A DNA stretch of 59,099 nucleotides, the filler included, from Dimargaris cristalligena (taxonomy: Eukaryota): NCBI GenBank assembly GCA_003614675.1. It is 4 parts of 4 records of this genome, joined end to end, with 100 filler letters (N's around TTAATTAATTAA, not from the genome) between each part and the next. Parts side by side here need not be neighbours in the genome. Positions count along the whole stretch, not along the records: positions 44,421 to 59,099 come from ML002942.1; 3 more parts are not named here. One strand, written 5' to 3'. Under the pieces are notes generated by a model. That model ran no database searches. It saw only the letters and a program-made list of their open reading frames with translations, and was not told where the DNA came from. The stretch's first letter is position 1, and each line of letters begins with the position of its first letter. The position numbers were made by a program, and so were the translations under genes. Shown in pieces: positions 49,946 to 59,099 of this stretch.

Positions 49946-51382
49946 TCTGTAACGGGGATATTCCGGGGGAAAAGGGAAAGGTGCGAAGGGGAGAAGCTAG
50001 AGAGGATTCGCCTGTCACACAAGGACTACGTGGTGCGTGATCTTCGAATGTAACGAAAAGCGGGATTGTGTATAATAATAAAAATATAGAGTATAGTGCG
50101 GACTCCTTAATGGGGGTATATAAGTAGGTAATGAGCCGAGGAGAGAGCAGCTGGACACAAGTTTCGGCGGCCAACCAAAGAGGAGTATATATTATATAAA
50201 AGGAGAGAGGGGCCGGCGGTTGGTTGGCTATGTTAGTCACGAAACCACCGTCAAATATACTGTGCTGCTTGGGGGATTTTTCGAAGCTGTGGTGGGGCGG
50301 CAGTAGCCTATAGTAATAGTTATTCATAGACCGGGGGCTGTGTGCGCTGTAGTGGTGGAGTGTGTGGAGAGACAGCCCCTGTAATTCGACGAGACCTTTA
50401 GAGCTCAGGGGAGGGGAGGGTGCAAAGCCCAAACCAGGCACTATAGAAAATAATCCAGGGGAAGGAGCCAAAAAGCATTAGCCCTACAGCAACTTGGCCA
50501 TTGGTAGAGCGGTTTAAGCTGCTTGATATGAGGCCCACCAATGGCGTTGAATGAGTCATACATAGGCCGAGGAGGAGGGCCAAGTATCTATACCGCCAAA
50601 TGGTGGCTTTCCAAGAATATAATGCCTATTTTATTGAGACATGAAGAGTTCGGGGTGTTGCGTGTAAGAAACCTAACGTATATCTCTTGTTCTTTAGTCG
50701 GCTAACAGGGGCGGTAGCTGCTTGCCAATTGCAGGGCGGCGGGATGCCATCAATAGCAGGGTTTAGTGTCAACCTGAACTGCGAGTGGTTAACGGGGTGG
50801 TACGTTGAAAAGGGGGGGAGACTCGCCTTCGATAGATGGATGAGCACACCGACAAGAAGGGCGCCGGGCTTTCCCATTTTATAGATCGATTGAGGCCTTT
50901 GGGATGTGACAATGATAACACACCTTTCCCCTATGCGGGGTGTTTTCAACGGTAGGTATATTTGGTTATTGTCTTGGGAGTGGCCGCCACGGGGCCAACT
51001 CGTCCGGTTTCCGCATTTGCATGGTATCAGTGGAGCAGTTGGTTAGACGATGGATGCACAATGGTAGGCCGTGCGACCGGGTCTTCTAACATCGATTCTA
51101 GGGCCGATTAGAGTACTCAAAAGAGGAGGAGGGGTATGGTCGTAGAGTAAAAAATGGAGGCGACAAATGCTCGTGTAGCCCAACCGGTATGTAAATAAAT
51201 TAACATAGGTTGTTGATGTCGCGCATCCTTCCTCCCTTCTGCCAAGGTAATACCAAACCACTAGGCCAAACAGCTTTTATAAATACCGGTGCAACGAGAT
51301 GCCCGTCTACCTCTCCTCGTTGTTCTTGCTGACTTTAGAATTAAACGCTCTTCTTTCATTGTTAGATACTTTTATTTAGCAA

Positions 51383-51470
51383 ATCTATATCTATATCTAT
51401 ATCTATATCTATATCTATATCTATACCTATACCTATACCTATTTTACAACTGCCACTGCCACTGCCACTG
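51383..51470 (+). repeat. (ATCTAT)n grading into (ACCTAT)n, then (CTGCCA)n, upstream of the zinc-finger gene
   Basis: Directly visible hexamer tandem arrays. Confidence 0.9.
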
Positions 51471-51499
51471 CCTCGGTCTTGTGTTTTATATACATCAGA

Positions 51500-52508
51500 A
51501 TGGGTTTAGCTATCCAAGTCGGTCTATTGGTGCTGCTACTAGGCGGAGGAATCCCGCGCTCGTCTGCTGGGGTTATCTCCACCCAAGGGGGCGCCTCCTA
51601 CCACCGCGAACCCCCACCGCCCACTGACTCCGACTACCGAGTCGACCCGATGAGCCTAGACTCCATAGCCAACGAGTTCCCTCAGCGCCAAAGGTCTTCG
51701 CCGTCGTCGGTATCGTCGACATCATCGGTACCACGGTTAACTTGGCCTTCCCACCCTGAGACCGACTGGACCATCTCGAAAGGGGACGCGGAGGCGAAAA
51801 AGGGGGTGGTGGGAATTAATTCCCTCCTCAACGAACCTAACCCGACGGGCGGAGGTAGTATATCCGCCGAACCCTACCCCGAATTCCCCCCCGGTGTCCC
51901 AAGGGCCCGTCACTCTTCTCTGCCCCCCCCCCACGGAGGCTCTAACCGAATCACTGTCCCCAGCTAACAATCACCTACAACCGACCCAGCCGTTCCGCCA
52001 CTATTCACCCCAATCAGACGAGTGGAATAATTACCGTCCAGTGGCGGACTTCCCTTTTTCGAACCAGGTACCATTATTGAATCCAACAGTGGGCCTGAAC
52101 CCAAACCCAAACCCCACCACCACTACCACAACTACTACCGCCTCCGCTAGCACCCGCCCGTACTACTTCTTCTCGCCCATCATCGCTGGGAGTGGACCCC
52201 CACAGCCGTATCGGACTGGTCAGACTCGCGATCGTCAACCACCATCGCCTTCTTCTTCCACCCCATCCCATTCCCGTAAAGGCAAAAAGAGAGCCCCCCA
52301 AAAACAGAAGCAAGCAAAGCTCGACTGTAAATTTTGTACTCGACAAATCTCCACCGCCATGGCCCTACGTGGTCACCACAAGATGCACGAAGCCGACCTA
52401 GGAGAGACCTGCAATAAATGTCAGGGCTACTATCCCAATAAGCAATTTAAGACACACAAGAAAGAATGCTGTGTTGTCCCTCCTTCTCCTCCTTCGGCAA
52501 CATTTTAA
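51500..52508 (+). CDS. Signal-peptide-bearing C2H2/C2HC zinc-finger protein, about 335 aa, split by a one-base frameshift in a C10 run (51923-51932)
   Basis: MGLAIQVGLLVLLLGGGIPRSSA signal-like; RKGKKRAPQKQK basic patch; CKFC-x12-H-x3-H and CNKC-x11-H-x3-C; C9 instead of C10 fuses the two ORFs. Confidence 0.7.
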
Positions 52509-54711
52509 TTTTCTAATTATTATTCCTCCCGCCATCCCCTGGCTGGCCTGGTTGCTAGCCAACCCAGCTGTAACCCCGAGGCACCTTATCAAGAGCAGCC
52601 ACAGGTGTCAACTGGGGTTCGTTGGCCCCTCCAAGGTTAGGCCTATTACAAAATGGGCTCAGTTGACCACGATATATATATATATATATATATATATCTC
52701 GCATTGTCGATATACCCTTAAATTAAACTATACCATCTAAAACTGCTCCTATTGGTAAGCCCAATTTGGTAACAACTGCTCAAGAAGCAATAGTCAGTTT
52801 GTTAGATTATAAAAATTCCTCACTACATACCCCGCTCAAAAAAGGTATACTGCTAGACGATTGCCCCGCCTTTTTATCTCTTGTTTCCCCTTTAAGCTGC
52901 TTTTGGTTTTTATTATCTTGCAATACACCTGTTCCAGTATAAACTAGACGCATTAAATTGGCTACTATTTAACGGCCCTCCCAGTCAAATAAATTTTATC
53001 TTAACCTATTATAGATTTAGTATCTCTACTATCTTTGCCCAATTATATTCTCTTTGTTTGGGTATGGTGTTGTAATTATTTACTTAACTATGTAGGCATC
53101 ATGGGTTGCTGATGATTCATACTGACGTTGGCTCATATGGCTTGATATCTTTCGATGGGTTAACCGTTATTGGCCATAATCGCTATAGGTTGTGTTTGGT
53201 ATATTAGTGCCATGACTCATGCAATTTTCTAGGAATGCGTATTATCACAAATGACGAAACTCCGAGTCATGTCGAGTGACTGATCTCTGTCCTTCAATGC
53301 CACCGCCCATTCCCCCCAAAGTATTTAAATTGGGAGTTCTAGGCGAGTTGAAGAGAGAATAGGTTCAGAGGTTGCTACTGCGCCACTAGGGCCGCCATGT
53401 ACCGCCCCTGTCAACGGACTCACGACCAGGCCACCACAAGCGCCTACTCCTCCCTTGGTATCTACTGGGTCCGAGACCACTTGGGTGAAATGCAAGCCAG
53501 CTGTATAAAGTTTTACATGATTTGTGTATGGGAGAGTATGTGGGAGAATAACCATTTTAACCAGTAATGTTGGCCCCATCTAATGGATTTTCCGTTATAC
53601 AGCCGGGATGAACTTCTCCCACTTCGTCAATTAACAGGGATCATGATGAGTGCTCCAGCATAAAAGTGAATGGTTTCCTCACCCCGATATGGCTCCTTAG
53701 ATGGCTACATTCCTATCCGCTTATTATTATCTTCTATATGTTAAGTATCATTCCTACTTCATCGCTAGAGAAAGGTAGACGTTATGGGGTGCGGTCAAAT
53801 GGTTTACCCTTTAAAAATAAAGGTGGTCAAAATAGCGAAGTCCTATAATAGGGTCTGTTATGGATTTGGCATGGGCTCCACTGTGCTGCGTTACACATAA
53901 GGTAGGCTATATCGACGCCCACTCAAAGGCTAGGCATGTTCAAAGTCCCCCCTCTTTCTTTTGCGCCTTTCGTTGGCATATTACATCTACAATAATTGTG
54001 TAGCACGAAGGACCAAGCCGTTAGAGTTGTATTGGGCGGGTAATGGATAATCGAAAAAAGTACATCATACCCGCCTACTAGTCACCTTCGTCATTGGCTT
54101 GGCATAACCAGGCCCAAGAATTATCCAGCCGCTTCAAAGCCCCTTTCGAGCAAAAGATTCGTAGGGGAAAAGTTCAAAACAGTGGTGTAGAAATTAAAGT
54201 GCAATGCGGATGGGAAATGGATGAGAAATGTATTTCTACCCTGTAAAGCCCATTTATCCAATGGACCTGCTGCTTTACACCCCCATCGAGTTTCCCTCAA
54301 ACGGACGATGTTGCACAATTGTATTCCGACTACCATTTTATAAGGCCTCTCGTATAAAAATGTAGCCTCAAGGCCAATAGTGGCGCTCGACTCTGGTTTG
54401 GGGTTACATCCTATATGGTACTTTAGCTTTTCGCCTACAGTCGCCTGCCTACCATCCCAACTCTTGTGTATATTTTCCGCCGAATCGGCTAAAATCTGGT
54501 CCGCCATACCTACAAACGTGCCAATGTATCGCTTCGGCTTACATTGCAGACGTTTATATAAGGATGCCCAACGCTCACCATATCCCAAACCACCCAACCC
54601 ACTATACTGCTTCTCTTTCCTCGACCCTATCTACCCTCGTCCAATATTGTTAATATTTTCCTTGTTCGGAAGTCTCTCTTTCTGTCTACCTTATAGCCCT
54701 GTCCACCCCGT

Positions 54712-56274
54712 ATGAAACTGTCCCCCGTAGCGTGGTTGCTGATGGGCATCGCCCCTGTCTGTCACGGTGCCACACCCAATTTAAAAGCGTCATCCCTGAT
54801 TAATTTACCAGTCGAAATTGATGATATGGTACTCGACAGGTGCGATGCGACTAGCGAGTATAGGCTCAGTCAAGTTTGTCAAAAGTGGCAATCTACATAC
54901 TTGGGACGGGAAGGCAATAGAATGCGGAAGGTAAGTAATAAAAGTATATTCTATGTGCATAATTAGGTATGGTACGTCTCGCTATTTCCCATGCACCTCT
55001 TTAGGGTACTGCCATTGCGTCGCTTAGTTTTGCTAGTACCCTAAAATGGTGCCATGAACTGTCAGGCCTACCACTCCGCCAATTAGCTCTTTTGCCATTG
55101 AGTTTTTCCTTTTGGATATTCCTCAACCCACAGGGCCTCTTGCTGTACCTATCAAATCCAGTCAATCACATTTCCAAAATTATCTAATTCACCAACATCT
55201 TTCTAACTGTATCTATTGATTAATCCCCTCCGAATCTACACAAAACACTAATGTCAGGTGATTATCGAATTATTAAGTCAGTCAACCCCCACAGATTGGC
55301 GGGTTCTCATTCCCGAAGACGACTTCAGCACCCTTTATGCTCTACTAGCATCCGACATTCGTGTCAATTTTTATCAGCGCCGCATCTGGGAGGGTCTAGA
55401 GACATCGGGCCATTCCCGGGATGGTGGTTGGCAAGGTAAAGAACGTCTGGCCATTCGATACCCCCACAGCCGAGCTTTGGTCAAGGAGCTGGTCCCAAAA
55501 TTAGCCCGGATTGCCGCCTGGGGGGATTTGCCCAGTGCCCCGCTTCACGAAGTACAGCCGAACAAGCTACTCACAATAGCACCACTGTATTGGGCTATAC
55601 AAGAGGGAAAGACGAGCGCCGTGGATGTCATCATGGACCAGATCATGCTAAGGAGTAACTCACTCGCCCTGGGCACGGCCATTGCCAATCAATTAGACGG
55701 CGACATGGTGTATCTTGCCGGCGTTTTAGCTCTCCCCCAAAACGTTCAGCAGCAAGTACAGCAATCCAGTCGTGGCGGTGACTACAGTAATGTCACTGAC
55801 CCCCAGCTTATCCCGGACGATTGGCAGGATGTTATTTTAACCATCTGGGGCGATTCTTTCCGATTCGACCTGCTGTGCTCGGTGGCGGTGCAGTACATTG
55901 TCCAAGGGGATGCAGCTGGCCTGGCCAAACTCAAGACATGGACGACCCAATTTCTGAAAAATTGGGACGTGGGGTTAAAGCAGTTGGTTTTGGCGGTGGC
56001 GGCCGAGACTGGCCATCTGGCCCTATTGGATGACCCCCGAGTGGCCCCCTTGTTCGAAAACTTCCAGCCGGTACTTCCCCAATATATGTTGCGCTGTATG
56101 GAGGCCAATGGGTGGATGAAGGCAGTCGAGCATTTTGAGAAGCAGTGGAATGTTATCAGAGCGGACAAGTCTGTACCCACTTACAAATGTCAAGACCAGA
56201 TGCCCAACACGGCACCTCTCAGCCTGAATTCCCAGGGGGTCTTGACCTTGACCTATATTCCTATGGTTCTTTAG
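54712..56274 (+). CDS. Secreted F-box protein (family member 4), 411 aa; exons 54712-54930 and 55258-56274
   Basis: Signal peptide MKLSPVAWLLMGIAPVCHG-A; F-box SLINLPVEIDDMVLDRCDATSEYRLSQVCQKWQS; GTAAGT...TCAG phase-0 intron; ankyrin-like APLYWAIQEGKTSAVDVIM and LAVAAETGHLALL; TATA-like TTTATATAAG near 54553. Confidence 0.85.
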
Positions 56275-57246
56275 CCATGGGCTGTAGTCGAATATTACTG
56301 AGACGCCGCGGACATCGACTGTGACCAATATTTTAGGGTAGTGTACGTGCTATTTGATTCTATATATAGCACCGTCAGTTTACCTATTAGGAAGGTTTAA
56401 TGCTCGGTCATCAGTACAGCCAGCGAAAATTACAACGAAATCAGCAATTGTTGATTATTTCGGTTGAAAATGGCCGCGTTTGAATATATGATGCCTTATC
56501 AAAATAACTTTTAAAAAAAATCAGTATATATATATAAACCATTGTTTTTATATGGTCCTTGTTCGGTGGAGCATACTACGAGGCAGATTTTAGTGCTCTG
56601 TTTATTACTTTCTATTCATTGCACATATTTATAATCCCCTTCAACAAAAAAATACATTTTATTAATAAATCGTATATACGAACAACCAGCCCAATCTCCA
56701 ATTTGTCCATCGACTCATTCGGCTCTTTTAGTCGCTACTTTTACCAACCCTGTCCATTTTTATATCAATCTTGGCAACGCACTATGTACTGGGAGTTGGC
56801 CATAAGATGTAGTAGTTAAGTCCTGAAATTGAGGTAGTTTGTGAGCACATTATCAAGAGAATAAAGATCGCCTAATTAGCAACTTCTTGCCCAAACTGCC
56901 ATTACTGGCTTAGCCAAGTACGCCGGTATTGAAAACTCCCGCTTGCCATTTCGCGGAATACACGGCAGGTGTGCATCTGGGATGGGATTGCGTCGACAGT
57001 GTTTCCTGGTCTCATCCCGTGGGCAAGTGGCCATGGTGGTATGTTACTGCTGGGAGAAGAATGCTAATAAAAGAGGTTCTATATATAATGAAACGTCCAC
57101 TGGCTGCTTGTTGAGCACTGAGTTACGAAATGCTGTTAGTTGACGCAAAACATGCCAAACATACTACTTCCTACATATGGGAGTAGTTCAACAAGGCTAT
57201 ATAACGAAAAATCCATTTGATGAGGCAAATACTACTGGTTGAATAT

Positions 57247-57293
57247 AAACATCCCGCCGATTTTCCCAAACATCCCGCCGATTTTCCCAAACA
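57247..57293 (+). repeat. Perfect 21-bp tandem duplication
   Basis: AAACATCCCGCCGATTTTCCC x2 plus AAACA. Confidence 0.9.
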
Positions 57294-59099
57294 CATAACG
57301 GTTAAAACCTTATACAACCAAGCTGAACTTCACCCATATGCAAATTCGATTACTATATGTGTATTGCTGCAAAGTACAGGATTGGGGAAAGCCTGTTTTC
57401 TATCGATTTTATCGGGTACGATCATTTCCATATTTATTCATGTTATTACGACGGAGGCGAGGCCAATGCCTCGATGGTATATACCATCGTCACCGCTGAA
57501 ACTGTGGGCGATAAGCAGCCGCTGATATCGAAGTCCGATAACAGAGAACAGAGGTCGTCGATGACGAATAACCATCGCTGGTAACCGCGTGAACATCCCG
57601 GCGATATTACGAGAACTCTTCATATCCGAATGATTTATTTAAACCCGCCTTTTTCCTCCTTGATTCGGGGAGAACGAATATGAGTACGAATATGGCCGCA
57701 GCGTAAGATTTCCTATCTATTTTAAAAGTATATTATTTTTCACGAGTATTTTCTCCCAAGTATCTTTTAAAAAATTATTATGTAATTTAGTTTCAGCATA
57801 CTTCTTAAAAATATACTGACCGTTTATTTATTAAGAAAAGATCCACGAGGGTGAAGCCGAAAGTAGCCAGGATTCCTTTATTTCTTTAACATCAGCCAAT
57901 TTTATTGATTTATTCGATTCTAATATATATAATTCTGATACTCGTTAAATTCTACTATTTCTCGTTTGTCTCGTCACCGTTCTGTCTTTCCGAGGGAGAC
58001 AGAGTCCTCGTTACCAGTATCATCATCGCCCTCACCACCTCCGTCTTGCCCTGGCTGACCGCTTGAGCGGTTACTACCGGCCTCCTCCTTCTCGCGGTCC
58101 GGTGGTCTTCAACCCGGCGGGGCCACGTCGAACCCACCCGGATCCCCGGGCCGCGTCAATACATATTTTTGCTATTTGCTACACAGAATGGATACCAAAA
58201 GGTTAAAACAAAGCTATGATTGATGAATCATGGGCGGGATGTGATATCAACCGCTGACATTCAATTGTGGCATGCTGGACGGCACTACGTATTCTAATAT
58301 GGCGCTGATGGCCTTGAAAGTAGCAAGATATTGTGGTGAGCTTTAGAATTCGGAACCCTGAAACATCAGTTGGACTTCCTAGGCTCAATGGGATAACCGG
58401 TGGTGGTATTCGCAATTGGTCCCTCACGCACTAAGGAAAGGTTGGGTATTGTTTTACAGACACCTGTTTCGTCAGTAAATGTGAGAGAGGAGCAATCCGA
58501 TTAGAGCGATCAATCAGGTTGAATATAGATGCTACCGGATATTTAATGCCCCCACCAATTATCCCACCCTCTTATTATAAAATATTGCTGATTCGCGCCA
58601 TAATTCAGCCAAATCAACTCAAACAATGCCGGTTGCTAAGTACCACTGTTTAGTACAGTGAACAACAATCATCTCTTTATGTACACAACACAAAAACTTC
58701 CCAGTACCCAAAATACAGAACTAGAAAAGTGTAGAATTGAAAGTCTTTTATTACGGATTGGAGTACGGGTTGAACTATGAGTGTCCCCACTCTATTATCG
58801 ATGGAGTAGGGGAACAACATAAAGAACGCCGCGTCAATCCAATCAAGCACATGAGTGCTATTTGTCGGCAAAAAAAGAAGATATTTAGGCAACCAGGGCG
58901 GAGGCGGTGGCGGATTCGCTGTGAGATTAAGGGGAAAGTAGAAATACAAGTATACAGGGCAAGGCAACCAATGTCGGAATTACCAGGAGATGGTTAGCAA
59001 AGTCGACTATTGCCCAGAATGTGGGGAGGCACGCCCAAAACTCACCACAGGAGAGCCTTGAAAATGCCTTGCACAAACCGAAACAATGTCCTAGGTTGG

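Noticed and set aside
51289-51627. ORF with LYLYLYLY and CHCHCH repeats
   Set aside because: Translation of microsatellites upstream of the zinc-finger gene
57247-57293. 21-bp direct repeat as a possible CRISPR-like array
   Set aside because: Only two adjacent units, no spacers, eukaryotic context

Overview
Eukaryotic fungal DNA: GC-rich coding exons with 100-350 nt GT-AG introns. The presence of VMP1 and a KDM3-type JmjC gene suggests an early-diverging fungus; a zoopagomycete mycoparasite such as Dimargaris is a plausible but unproven guess. The window is four contigs (14730, 14698, 14692, 14679 bp) joined by N...TTAATTAATTAA...N spacers in descending length, so neighbours across spacers are not biologically linked. 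Housekeeping genes: MFAP1, mago nashi, USE1-like SNARE, ARPC2, BRAP2/ETP1, VMP1, MAD2, EIF1AD, RPL12, a partial DnaJ-X protein, a partial JmjC protein and HIS7. Retroelement relics (Ty3/Gypsy, Ty1/Copia, solo LTRs) are mostly stripped of CpG and carry C-to-T stop codons. The main discovery is a family of four two-exon genes (three intact, about 411-415 aa; one pseudogene) built as signal peptide + F-box(-like) motif + phase-0 intron + helical/ankyrin-like body. These are candidate secreted effectors that could hijack a host SCF ubiquitin ligase. Also notable: a signal-peptide + NLS + C2H2 zinc-finger gene, an intact orphan PD-(D/E)xK nuclease among TE debris, and a small secreted peptide ORF. 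All domain calls are by-eye motif recognition; no database search was run.
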